Assembly (NCBI GenBank): GCA_029775855.1
Contig: JARVJZ010000001.1
Span: 256,001-320,000 of the forward strand
Source of the DNA: Nitrososphaeria archaeon
Lineage (GTDB): Archaea > Thermoproteota > Nitrososphaeria > Nitrososphaerales > JAAOZN01
DNA length: 64,000 nt
Reading direction: 5' to 3'
Made by a program: the position numbers and the translations under genes. The notes below the pieces were generated by a model that had not been told where the DNA came from, searched no databases, and worked only from the letters and a program-made list of their open reading frames with translations. Of the stretch, positions 20,198 through 29,900 are shown piece by piece (positions within the stretch are counted from its first letter, which is position 1; every line of letters begins with the position of its first letter).

Positions 20198-20287
20198 GAT
20201 GATGATAAGAGAAGCAAAGCGGCATATAAGGATTCAACCGTTTAGAGCAAAACATTCATATATTGTTAATCTAACCGACTATAATCT

Positions 20288-20458
20288 ATGGGGCAGAGTG
20301 AAACTAAATTCGGCGGAGTCGTATATGAATGTGTCCGATGTGGAACCAAGGTGACTGCAGAAGAGCTAGCTACGCTACCCGAAATTAAATGCATATGTGG
20401 CTATAGGGTGCTTAGAAAGGCTAGACCACCTGTCGTTAAGCAGCTTAAAGCGCTTTAG
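20288..20458 (+). CDS. rpo12: DNA-directed RNA polymerase subunit Rpo12 (P)
   Basis: Manual translation MGQSETKFGGVVYECVRCG...IKCICGYRVLRKARPPVVKQLKAL (56 aa); not in ORF track. Confidence 0.92.
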   Translation: MGQSETKFGGVVYECVRCGTKVTAEELATLPEIKCICGYRVLRKARPPVVKQLKAL

Positions 20459-20550
20459 TTTCTTCCGTTTCAACATTTGACGAATAAATACCTAAACACT
20501 TGCCATTAAACAATAGTTTAATACCCTTTAAGGGCTGGGTCAACTTCGGA

Positions 20551-21588
20551 TTGAAGACACCAAAGAATGCTGCAATAGCCGGATATGGGGTTTACATACC
20601 ACGATATAGGCTTCCAAGTGTAGAGGTTGCTAGAATTTGGAGAGGCGGAGAAGAAGCACCTTTAATAAAGAAGGCGGTAGCCTCATTAGATGAAGACATA
20701 ACGACGATGGCTGTAGAAGCTGCCAGAAGAGCGATAAAGATGGCAGAGACCAAAGAGCTAGGGGCAATCTTTGTAGGCACAGAAACTAAACCCTATGCAG
20801 TCAAACCAACAAGCACCATAGTAGCCCAAGCACTAAATCAGCATAAGGTTCTCGCCTCAGACCTTGAATTCGCCTGCAAGGCTGGTACAGAAGCCCTCCA
20901 GCTTATCTTAGCGCTTATAGGCTCTGGGATGATAGAGAGCGGGCTTGCTATAGGTGTTGACACCGCCCAAGGCAGACCCGGCGACGACTTGGAGTTCACA
21001 GCAGCGAGCGCTGCAGCCGCGTACATCCTATCTAAGAGGGATGTTGGTTCAATAGCGGTTGTAGAAGGAGCCTCATCATATGTTTCTGATACCACAGACT
21101 TCTGGAGGCGGGCTGGGCAGCAGTATCCGAGGCACCTTTCGAGGTTCACTGGTGAGCCTGCATATTTCTACCATATTCAGCACGCTGTAAAGAACTTGTT
21201 TGATGAGTTCGGCTATAAGCCCTCTGACTTTAAGTACGCTGTGTTTCATCAACCTAACCCGAGGTTTCCAGTTGAGGTGGCTTTGAGGCTTGGATTTAAC
21301 TTAGAGCAGATCAAGCCTAGTCTACTTAATCCATATATTGGTAATCCCTACGCTGCTAACTCGCTCCTTGGGCTAGCGGTGGTCTTGGATGAAGCTTCGC
21401 CGAACGATTTGATCTTGGTCTGCTCTTTTGGCTCAGGTGCTGGAAGCGATGCGTTGAGCATCAGAGTTTTAGATGGTGTTGAAGAGAAGCGTAGGAAAGC
21501 GCAGAATAAGGTTAGGGATATGATTGAGGCTTCGGTTGAAATAGACTACGCCACATACGCTAAGCTGAGGGGGAAGATCGTAGCGTAA
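20551..21588 (+). CDS. hydroxymethylglutaryl-CoA synthase (archaeal)
   Basis: DEDITTMAVEA, ETKPYAVKP, DLEFACKAGT, DFWRR, FHQPN, SFGSGAGSDA; TTG start chosen. Confidence 0.94.
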   Translation: MKTPKNAAIAGYGVYIPRYRLPSVEVARIWRGGEEAPLIKKAVASLDEDITTMAVEAARRAIKMAETKELGAIFVGTETKPYAVKPTSTIVAQALNQHKVLASDLEFACKAGTEALQLILALIGSGMIESGLAIGVDTAQGRPGDDLEFTAASAAAAYILSKRDVGSIAVVEGASSYVSDTTDFWRRAGQQYPRHLSRFTGEPAYFYHIQHAVKNLFDEFGYKPSDFKYAVFHQPNPRFPVEVALRLGFNLEQIKPSLLNPYIGNPYAANSLLGLAVVLDEASPNDLILVCSFGSGAGSDALSIRVLDGVEEKRRKAQNKVRDMIEASVEIDYATYAKLRGKIVA

Positions 21589-21611
21589 AGATAAGTGAGT
21601 TGAAGGCGTAA

Positions 21612-22763
21612 ATGGCTAAGGTTATAGTTGCTTCAGTAGGATACACAAGAGTAGGTGACCACTGGGATAAATCAATCTTAGACCTAGCTGTTGAAGCGTC
21701 GAAAAAGGCGCTTAAACCATACCCTAACATAAGACCAGAGGTAATAATAGTAGGAAACATGTTTTCAAGCCAATCCTCAAGACAAGAGCACTTAGGAGCA
21801 CTGTTAGCTAGCGCATTAAACCTAACAAGGACACCAGCTTTCAAAGTCGAAGCGGCATGCGCTTCAGGCGGCGTAGCATTCAACATAGCCTACAACAAAA
21901 TACGCTCAGGCGAAGTCTCATCAGCCTTAGTCGTTGGTGTTGAAAAGATGCGCGACCTAGACACACCAGAGGCATCCTTAGCGCTCAGCATGGCTGAATC
22001 AGCAGAATATACTCAATTTATTGGTGCATCATTTCTATCGTTAAATGCTATGTTAGCCAGACTCTACAGTGAAACATATAATGTGTCAAGAGACGAATTA
22101 TCAGCCTTCCCAGTCATAGCGCACAGCAATGCTGCTACAGCTGAGCACGCACAGTTCAGAAAGGCGATAAGTGTAGAAGATGTTTCTAGGTCACCTCTTG
22201 TTTCAGACCCTCTTAGACTATTAGATTGCGCTCCAGTTGGCGATGGAGCTGCGGCTGTGCTTCTAGCCTCTGATGCTTTTGACGAAGATGATGGGGCGAG
22301 AGTTGATGTGCTCTCTTCTAAGATCTCTACAAACATCTTCAGCGTCTATGAAAGGGACGATATGCTCAAGTTCGATGCAACAAGAGATGCTGCAAGTAAA
22401 GCGTTTTCTGAAGCTGGTATAAGTGTAGAGGATGTGGATGTGCTTGAAGTACACGATGCATTTTCAGTTACAGCAGCTTTGAGCGTTGAGGCTATGGGTT
22501 TCTCTAGAGAAGGCGAGGGTGCTAAAGATGCTGCAAAAGGGATCTATGCTTTAAGAGGAAGATACCCCGCTCTAACCTTCGGCGGGCTTAAGGGAAGAGG
22601 ACATCCTGTTGGTGCAACTGGAATCTACCAGATCATTGAGCTGTGGCTTCAGCTAAAAGGAAGGGGTAATGCAAACCAAGTAAAAGGGTGCAGAATAGGT
22701 GTAGCGCAAAACATAGGTGGAGTAGATACAACAAGCGTTGTAAGCGTTTTGGCGAGGCGATGA
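21612..22763 (+). CDS. acetoacetyl-CoA thiolase (SCP2-type)
   Basis: EAACASGG, GVEKM, EVHDAF, GGLKGRGHPVGATG, QNIGG. Confidence 0.92.
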   Translation: MAKVIVASVGYTRVGDHWDKSILDLAVEASKKALKPYPNIRPEVIIVGNMFSSQSSRQEHLGALLASALNLTRTPAFKVEAACASGGVAFNIAYNKIRSGEVSSALVVGVEKMRDLDTPEASLALSMAESAEYTQFIGASFLSLNAMLARLYSETYNVSRDELSAFPVIAHSNAATAEHAQFRKAISVEDVSRSPLVSDPLRLLDCAPVGDGAAAVLLASDAFDEDDGARVDVLSSKISTNIFSVYERDDMLKFDATRDAASKAFSEAGISVEDVDVLEVHDAFSVTAALSVEAMGFSREGEGAKDAAKGIYALRGRYPALTFGGLKGRGHPVGATGIYQIIELWLQLKGRGNANQVKGCRIGVAQNIGGVDTTSVVSVLARR

Positions 22764-22766
22764 TAA

Positions 22767-23156
22767 TTGGCTATATCTTACTGGCGGCGGCGTGACAGAT
22801 ACTATAGGCTTTTAGGCAATAAATGCACCAGATGCAACGCAGAATATTACCCACCAGTCTACATATGTAGGAGATGCGGCTCTGAATCTCTTATAGATGC
22901 GGAAATGCCGGGCACAGGTAAAATATTAACCTACACTATTCTGCGTGAAGTCATGTCTGGCTTTGAAGGACAACAGCCTATAATAATAGGCATAGTTCAG
23001 TTAGATAACGGAGTGAAGGTCTTAGGGCAGATAGTCGACACACCAATCGATGCCCTCAAAATAGGGTGCAAGGTAAGAACGGTCTTCCGTAAAATAAGAG
23101 AGGAAAGCAGCGCCGGACAGATCTATTACGGATACAAATTTACAGTCCTCTGCTGA
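22767..23156 (+). CDS. DUF35 Zn-ribbon/OB-fold scaffold protein of the thiolase-HMGCS complex
   Basis: C..C...YPP...C..C, YYGYKF; canonical gene trio. Confidence 0.9.
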   Translation: MAISYWRRRDRYYRLLGNKCTRCNAEYYPPVYICRRCGSESLIDAEMPGTGKILTYTILREVMSGFEGQQPIIIGIVQLDNGVKVLGQIVDTPIDALKIGCKVRTVFRKIREESSAGQIYYGYKFTVLC

Positions 23157-23248
23157 AAAACGACATTAAACCATATGACATCAGAACTGTACTTTCAGTT
23201 GAACAAACTAATCTAAAAATATATTGCATACCCTTAGAAATGCCAGAA

Positions 23249-23298
23249 GTGCTGGGGGAGAAAAATAGAAGAACCGGGTCCTCCTTCTCTCCCAGCAC
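23249..23298. repeat. 14-bp inverted repeat (one G-T pair), 22-nt loop
   Basis: GTGCTGGGGGAGAA ... TTCTCTCCCAGCAC in the intergenic region between convergent genes. Confidence 0.6.
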
Positions 23299-23391
23299 AT
23301 TATTCTACTTCTAAATCATAATAAATAGGGGTAGGCTTGGCTTAACCAAGCCCTATCAAAAGAAGAGATGTGATGATTTGGGGCGTCTTAC

Positions 23392-23658
23392 TTATTCATT
23401 ACCCTTTTCAGACACGCCTTCAACTATCTGAGCCTTCGCGAATCTGTTCGCTACCTCAATAACCTTTATCCGCACCTTTTGACCAGTTTTAGTCCCTGGT
23501 ACGAATATTATGAAGCCTTCGATCTTTGCTATGCCGTCGCCGCGTCTGCTTATGTCTGATATGTTCACATCGTATTCTTCTCCTACAGTGACAGGCTTAG
23601 GGCCTGCTGGTGTTCGGCTGCCGTAGCTTCTGTAGCCGTGTCCTTTTTTATAGCTCGT
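23392..23658 (-). CDS. single TRAM-domain RNA-binding protein (probable ACG start)
   Basis: Manual translation (M)SYKKGHGYRSYGSRTPAGPKPVTVGEEYDVNISDISRRGDGIAKIEGFIIFVPGTKTGQKVRIKVIEVANRFAKAQIVE...; not in ORF track. Confidence 0.88.
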   Translation of the reverse strand, partial: TSYKKGHGYRSYGSRTPAGPKPVTVGEEYDVNISDISRRGDGIAKIEGFIIFVPGTKTGQKVRIKVIEVANRFAKAQIVEGVSEKGNE

Positions 23659-23792
23659 ATCCTTTTTCCCTCCTAGCGTTGCTAAACGCTGCTCTCCTCA
23701 CAGATGCCCACTATTTAACAGTATGGGTTACTTGCTAACATTTATTTGAATGGTAGACAAAATTATATAGGTTTGATTAGGAGTGTTAGGTA

Positions 23793-24167
23793 ATGAATCT
23801 ATGCGAGGAAATATTAAATCTGGATAGAGGAATAAGGTTCGTAGCAATTTTAAGTAAGGCTGGCAAGGTTCTCGACTCAAAAGTTAGGTCCGATGTAAAG
23901 GGGCAGGAGCTTATGCCTCTAAATGTCCTCGAGGCTGTTGGTGCAACGATGTCGCGAACAGTTTGGAGTGTAGCTAAATCTTTCAGCAAATACTTCGGAG
24001 AGAATCTTCGAGTAGTGTTTCACCACGAGAAGCTAGACTTTGTTGTAATGGAGATCAAAGGAAACATAATTGCTTTCACCACAGACAAGGATGTTGCCAC
24101 AGATAGCATAGCTAGGAGAATTAGAGAACTCTACAAGAAGAATTCAGAATTACTGCAGAAGGGCTAA
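23793..24167 (+). CDS. small roadblock/profilin-like hypothetical protein
   Basis: LCEEILNLDRGIRFVAIL...GK pattern recalled from Nitrososphaerota small proteins. Confidence 0.6.
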   Translation: MNLCEEILNLDRGIRFVAILSKAGKVLDSKVRSDVKGQELMPLNVLEAVGATMSRTVWSVAKSFSKYFGENLRVVFHHEKLDFVVMEIKGNIIAFTTDKDVATDSIARRIRELYKKNSELLQKG

Positions 24168-24743
24168 CTCTAAACCACTAATCCCTTCGAAGAGCAAGAT
24201 CAAGCCTCCAAAGACATACGCTGCTACAGTTAACCGCCTCACCATATGTAGGGGGAGATGTTCAATGATCTTCTTACCGATGGTAATCGTCAAACCTACT
24301 ATGAGCATGAGGGCTAAAAGAACTCCAACTATCACAGATAAACCGTCGCCGAACCTTGCTGAAAGTAGAGCTGTTGTTAGCTGGGTCTTATCGCCAAGCT
24401 CAAGCAGCATTATTGTGAGCATAGATGTTAGAACTGGAGTAAAAATGCCTCTCTCCTTAACATTGACCTTGGCTTCAGCTTTTTGTGACGCAATAACGAA
24501 CGCTAACACAAAAAAGATAGCGGAAGATATGAACCTTAAAATCCTACGATCTAAAATATAGTAGAGTACTTCCCCTAGATACGCTGAAAAACCGTCTACG
24601 ACTAGGAAGCCTAAAAAGCATCCAGCGAGCACCATTATGGGTTGCTTAAAGTGTGCCACTAAAGCTAGTGAGGCAAATTGGGTCTTATCGCCTAGTTCTG
24701 AGATGGCTGTAAGTGCCAGAGCTAGGATGAAAGCTTCATGCAA
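24150..24743 (-). CDS. GDT1/TMEM165 (UPF0016) Ca2+/Mn2+ transporter
   Basis: Two ELGDKTQ motifs, polytopic. Confidence 0.92.
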   Translation of the reverse strand: MHEAFILALALTAISELGDKTQFASLALVAHFKQPIMVLAGCFLGFLVVDGFSAYLGEVLYYILDRRILRFISSAIFFVLAFVIASQKAEAKVNVKERGIFTPVLTSMLTIMLLELGDKTQLTTALLSARFGDGLSVIVGVLLALMLIVGLTITIGKKIIEHLPLHMVRRLTVAAYVFGGLILLFEGISGLELALLQ

Positions 24744-24855
24744 CAGAGTCAGCTCTATTGGTTAAAATATTAATATTTTTTGTTCTAAACATCTTCTTTG
24801 CTTACAGTTAGGTTTAATTAAGGGTTAGAAGATTAGTGATGAGGGTAGATGGTGT

Positions 24856-25086
24856 ATGCCGAGGGCGTTTGTCCTCATAAATGCCAACTTGGGTAGTGAA
24901 TCTAATCTAGTTAGTAAGTTGAAGAAGATGCCTAATGTTAAGCAAGCCTACTTTGTGTACGGAGTGTATGATGTTATCGCTGAAGTTGAAGCAGATACTA
25001 TGGAGCAGCTAAAGGAATGCATCGCAGGAAACATACGTGGTCTAGATGAAGTCAGATCTACTTTGACGATGGTCGTCATAGAATAA
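24856..25086 (+). CDS. Lrp/AsnC ligand-binding-domain-only protein
   Basis: AFVLIN, VYGVYDVIAEVEA, IR..DEVRSTLTM; no HTH. Confidence 0.88.
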   Translation: MPRAFVLINANLGSESNLVSKLKKMPNVKQAYFVYGVYDVIAEVEADTMEQLKECIAGNIRGLDEVRSTLTMVVIE

Positions 25087-25131
25087 TCTCAGATAAACAA
25101 TGCTTTTTTAACTGATTAATCTGTAAGGGTT

Positions 25132-25172
25132 TCTAAATATTATTTTAACTAAACTATTTATCAATATTTAGA
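25132..25172. promoter_or_regulatory. candidate operator upstream of ttrBCA
   Basis: Perfect 10-bp inverted repeat TCTAAATATT-N21-AATATTTAGA in AT-rich promoter DNA; could be chance. Confidence 0.3.
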
Positions 25173-25216
25173 GTATTGTCAATCAACATAAATAGAATAG
25201 TCGAATAAAAGTTTGT

Positions 25217-25849
25217 ATGCGGCGTAGAGACCTTCTTAAACTAACCTTTACAGCCGCTCCCATATTACTTCTACCAGCATCATCTGCACTACCCCAGCGG
25301 AAACGCTACGCTATGTTGATTGACGTCGAAAGATGCTATGGTTGTATGGCTTGTGTTGCTGCATGCGCAGCTGAGAATAATGTGCCTATTGGCGTCTTTA
25401 GAACTTGGGTTGAAAGGTACGTTAGAAAGGATGGAAATGTAGTATTTGTACCTAAGCAGTGTAATCACTGCGAGAATCCTCCTTGTGTTAAACCTTGTCC
25501 TACTGGCGCCACTTTCAAGAGGGAAGACGGTCTTGTGCTCATTAACGACGAAATATGTATAGGTTGTGGAGCCTGCATCCAAGCTTGCCCTTATGGTGCC
25601 AGATTCCCGAACCCTGTAAAGGGTGTTGCTGATAAATGCACTTTTTGCGAACATAGGTTGGCAAACGGGTTGTTACCAGCTTGCGTAGAAGCTTGCCCAA
25701 CGACCGCCAGAATCTTTGGAGACCTTAATGACTCAGAAAGTGAGATAAGTAAGATAGTTGAGTCATCTAATGTGCAAGTTTTGAAGGTATGGGCTCACAC
25801 TGAGCCTAAGATCTACTACAAGAGTCTACCTACGGAGGCTGATCTCTGA
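25217..25849 (+). CDS. ttrB: Tat-exported 4x[4Fe-4S] subunit (TtrB-like)
   Basis: RRRDLLK Tat motif; CYGCMACVAAC, CNHCENPPC..PC, CIGCGACIQACP, CTFC. Confidence 0.85.
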   Translation: MRRRDLLKLTFTAAPILLLPASSALPQRKRYAMLIDVERCYGCMACVAACAAENNVPIGVFRTWVERYVRKDGNVVFVPKQCNHCENPPCVKPCPTGATFKREDGLVLINDEICIGCGACIQACPYGARFPNPVKGVADKCTFCEHRLANGLLPACVEACPTTARIFGDLNDSESEISKIVESSNVQVLKVWAHTEPKIYYKSLPTEADL

Positions 25850-26964
25850 TGAGCCTGAGTGCACCTCTATTTCCCAACGAGCTCGCTGAACCTATCCTTT
25901 GGCACCCAGTCATTTTTGCATATGCCCTCGTCATCTCCGGTGCTGATCTAATCATACTAGCTTCGCTGGCATACATCTCAAGAAGGATGATGAAGGCGAT
26001 ACCTTTACTCCTTGTGCTCGGAGTCTCATTCTTTTCAGCGGCGCTGTTAGGTCCTCTTGCAGACCTGCGACAACCTTCACGTGCCTCGCTAATATACTCG
26101 TTAGCGCACCTATTCCCAACAGCGACAAATCCTGGATTCTCATTTATAGCATTGTACGCCAACCTTTGGCTGCTACTGTTAATCCTAAGTATAGCCTTTC
26201 TGCTCATTTACCAGTCGTATCCCATGCACCTCAAGTCGTTGGAGGGTGGTAGGTTGAAAAGCCTCTACAAGGTGTTTTCTCTCGGTGTTAGTGATGGGGA
26301 GAGATACAGGAGGCTCGCTTCCCTCATCACTGTAATCGCTATCTTAACGATCATACCAGCTGTGCTGTGGGGAGTTTATCCATCTGTGTTACTGGTCTTT
26401 CAGACTTGGATCTTCCTTTGGCGAAGCTGGGTTATTTTACCAGTGATCTTCTTTGCCGACACCTTCGTTGCATCTACAGCTGCAGCTCTTCTAGTCTACT
26501 TCATCATCAAGTTGGGTAAGCTGGATCAAGAGGTGGTAAGCCCTCTACTTAAGATACACTCTGCTGGCTGCGTTTCGGTCACAGGGCTGTTAGGTGTGCA
26601 GCTTCTGCTCTGGAACCAGTGGTTTGAAGAATCAGCATTATACCCAGCATTCAATGTCGTTGTACCTATAATCTACTTTGTTATAGCGACTCTACTACTC
26701 TCATTCCTTTTGGCTTTAGCTTCATTGAAAGTTCCTAGGTTAAGTATAATAGTTTCAATAGTTGCTCTGGTAGGCGTCGTAATGAATAAGTGGAACACGT
26801 TAGTGAATGGTCAGCTCATTTCAAGAACAGGCATGGGTTTGTTTGATCTACATCTGCCAACAGACTGGCTTCTGACAACAATTTCACCTATAGCTGCGGC
26901 TATATTGATCTTCGTTATTCTCTCATCACTCTTCCCATTGGAGGTGAAAGAAGTTGGTAAGTAG
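25849..26964 (+). CDS. ttrC: NrfD/PsrC-type membrane anchor (TtrC-like)
   Basis: Polytopic, GPLADLRQPSRA; lies between the B and A subunits. Confidence 0.8.
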   Translation: MSLSAPLFPNELAEPILWHPVIFAYALVISGADLIILASLAYISRRMMKAIPLLLVLGVSFFSAALLGPLADLRQPSRASLIYSLAHLFPTATNPGFSFIALYANLWLLLLILSIAFLLIYQSYPMHLKSLEGGRLKSLYKVFSLGVSDGERYRRLASLITVIAILTIIPAVLWGVYPSVLLVFQTWIFLWRSWVILPVIFFADTFVASTAAALLVYFIIKLGKLDQEVVSPLLKIHSAGCVSVTGLLGVQLLLWNQWFEESALYPAFNVVVPIIYFVIATLLLSFLLALASLKVPRLSIIVSIVALVGVVMNKWNTLVNGQLISRTGMGLFDLHLPTDWLLTTISPIAAAILIFVILSSLFPLEVKEVGK

Positions 26965-29900
26965 AAGAGGGTTCGTTAAAGGTATTATTGGCTTAGCCGC
27001 TGCAGGCACATTCGCGGCTGGCTACGCTCGAATAGTGGAGGAGATGGTAAAACCCACATACACACCCATACAGCCAGACCCAACTATCGGTGATAAGGTG
27101 AAATACGTTTACAGCTCTTGCCTCGGATGCAATGTGAGGTGTGGCATAAGAGCGAAGGTTGTTGAGCGAGAGGGTGTTAGTGTTGTTGAGCGAATAGAGG
27201 GGAACCCCTATCACCCATATAATAGGCTTGTAAACCCGTCTTCACAGTACACCAGATTTGACCCACTACCATACAGCACACCCGCTGTTAAGAGCTTAAA
27301 ATACGCTGGCACACTATGCGCAAGGGGGCAAGACGGCATACACTACCTTTATGACCCTTATCGTATTAAATCGCCTTTAAAGAGGGCTGGAGCAAGAGGA
27401 AGTGGTAAGTGGAAAAAGATAAGCTGGAGCCAACTTATCAAGGAGGTAGTTGGAGGCGGTGTAGTGGAGGAGACGGGTGAGAGAATACCAGGCCTAAAAG
27501 AGATCTTTGTATACGGCATACTTAGAGACGCTGGCATACAAGATCCTAACAAGATATTAAGCGAAATTAAAAAGGACATAGACTCAATAGTTCAGAACGC
27601 ACCAAAGCTTACAGCAGACGAGTTAAAAGACGAAATACAAAAGTTCAAAGACAAGTGGTCAAAGCAGCTGAGCGAAAATAGTGTAAAACTAGAGCAGATA
27701 CTCATCAACCCAGACATGCCAGATTTGGGATTTAAATCAAACCAACTAGTTTTCGTCAGAGGTAGGGGGCAAGCCCACGCGGACGACTTCTATCAACGCT
27801 GGACCTACGCCTTTGGAAGTGTAAACTGGCTTAGGCACACTTCAGCCTGCCAACTAGGCTTCTACTGCGGAAACAGAATATGGGCTGGCACAACAGACCT
27901 GAGCCCAGATGTCAGAGGAGCTAAGGTCTTGATTATGGCTGGAGCTCAAATAGGTAGACTACACCCTGGCGCTACTGGCCAAGGTTTGATTATTGAGCGT
28001 GCAGCAAAAGGCGAGTTGAAGGTCTTCTATGTTAATCCAGTGTCGCCACGTGGGGATTGTGGCGGCAATTTCGAGTGGGTGCCTATAAAGCCGGGTAGTG
28101 ATGCAGCCTTAGCCTTGGCTATAGTGAGGTGGATCTTTGATAATAAGAGGTTCAATAAAGCCTTTCTTGAATCTCCAAACGAGGAGGCTGCAAAATCTAA
28201 AGGTGAGGTAGTATATACTAATGCTACTTGGCTTGTGGTAACAGAGCCTAACCATGCTAAAGAAGGTGTATTCCTTAGGGCAAGCGACTTGGGCATAGGT
28301 GATAGCAGTAAGTACGTTGTATATGCTGATGGTTTTAAGGCGCATACAGATGTGAAGGCAGCTGAGATACTCTATAAGGGTAGAGTAAAGCTCGCCTCAG
28401 GCGAAGAGGTTGAAGTTAAGACAGCCCTTCAGATACTCAACGATGAAGCTGCAAGCAGGAGCCTGGATGAATGGAGCGCAATATGTGGCGTGCCTGTTCA
28501 AACCATCATACGTATGGCAGAGGCTTTCACAAGTGTAGGTAGAGCAGCCTCAACATACATACACCGAGGCATAGCGATGCACCCTCAAGCAGAATATAGT
28601 GTGTGGGCATATAGAGCGCTAGATCTGCTTATCGGAAACTACTTCGCTAAAGGAGGTGTCATGGGAAGAGCGTCAACAACCAACTTCAACGGATACCTTT
28701 ACAACGTCGGCACGTCTAGCTTCGGTGAGCCTGTTAGATTTGGCCCATATATAGATCGCCACGGCGTGGTTTATGAAAGTACGTTAGAGTATTGGTTAAA
28801 GAGCAAGTCTGGTTTATCACCATATCCAGCTAAAAGGCCCTGGTATCCTCTTACCCCAGAAGAGAGCTATACCGAGTTGTTTGCAGGAATCAGCGAGGAA
28901 TATCCATACCCTATACGAGCACTATTCCTCTACTATGCGAACCCAGTTATATCAGCCAACTATGGGTTAAAGTTCATCGAAGTTCTTAAGGATACACAGA
29001 AGCTGCCCCTCTTTGTTGCTATAACTACATCCATAAATGAGACATACTTGTACGCTGACTACATTGTGCCAGACACAACCTATCTTGAGACTGGAACATT
29101 AGGCTGCCAATACCTTTACGCATCTAGCGGTGGGGTATCTTTAGCTGAGAGCTGGAGGACAATGGTCATACCACCTCTAACCGATGAAATTGGCAGAGAC
29201 CCTGCTGGCAGAGTCAGATACGCTTCAATGTGGGAGTTTCTAATCGACATAGCCAAGGCTTTAGGTATGCCTGGGTTTGGTGAAAACGGGATTAAAGGCG
29301 CTACCGGAGGTAAATACGAAGGGAAGAGCTTTCCGCTAAACAGCCTCTGGGACTACATTATGCGTGTGTACGCTAATGGAGCTATGGATGCGGTGCGCAG
29401 AAAGATCGTGCCTAGCGAAGTGCCTAAGGAAGATGTAGAGTTTGTAGAAAGTAATTATCCCATAGCGGAATATAGAGACATAATACCAGACGAGTGGCCT
29501 TATGTAGCCTATGTCCTAGCAAGAGGAGGAGTATTCACAAGCTACAAAGACTCTTACGATGAAAAAGGCTTCGTAAAACGAACCCCCCCTCGAACTTTAT
29601 TAGAATTCTGGGATGAAAGGCTTGCACAAACAAGAAACAGCATCACAGGTAAACGCTTCTACGGTGGGCCAAAATACTTCGAACCCTCAACCTACGCACC
29701 TATAGCTGAAGAGGCTGGTGAGAGATGGCAGCCAGGCACTCCGCTGAGGAGGATATGGAGTGAAGCAGAGTATCCGATGCTTATAGTGCCTAATGGTAGC
29801 CCACTCTTCACTAAGCATCGCAGCCAATTCTACTATTGGCTTAAGCAGATCATGCCCAGAAACTTCGCTGTTATACATCCAGACGACGCATCAAAGATAA

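Noticed and set aside
20551-23156. HMG-CoA synthase/thiolase/DUF35 cluster as a novel system
   Set aside because: Well-described archaeal mevalonate-entry complex.
23370-23431. Possible C/D box sRNA (GTGATGA ... CTGA)
   Set aside because: No convincing D'/C' boxes, and it mostly overlaps the TRAM coding sequence in antisense.
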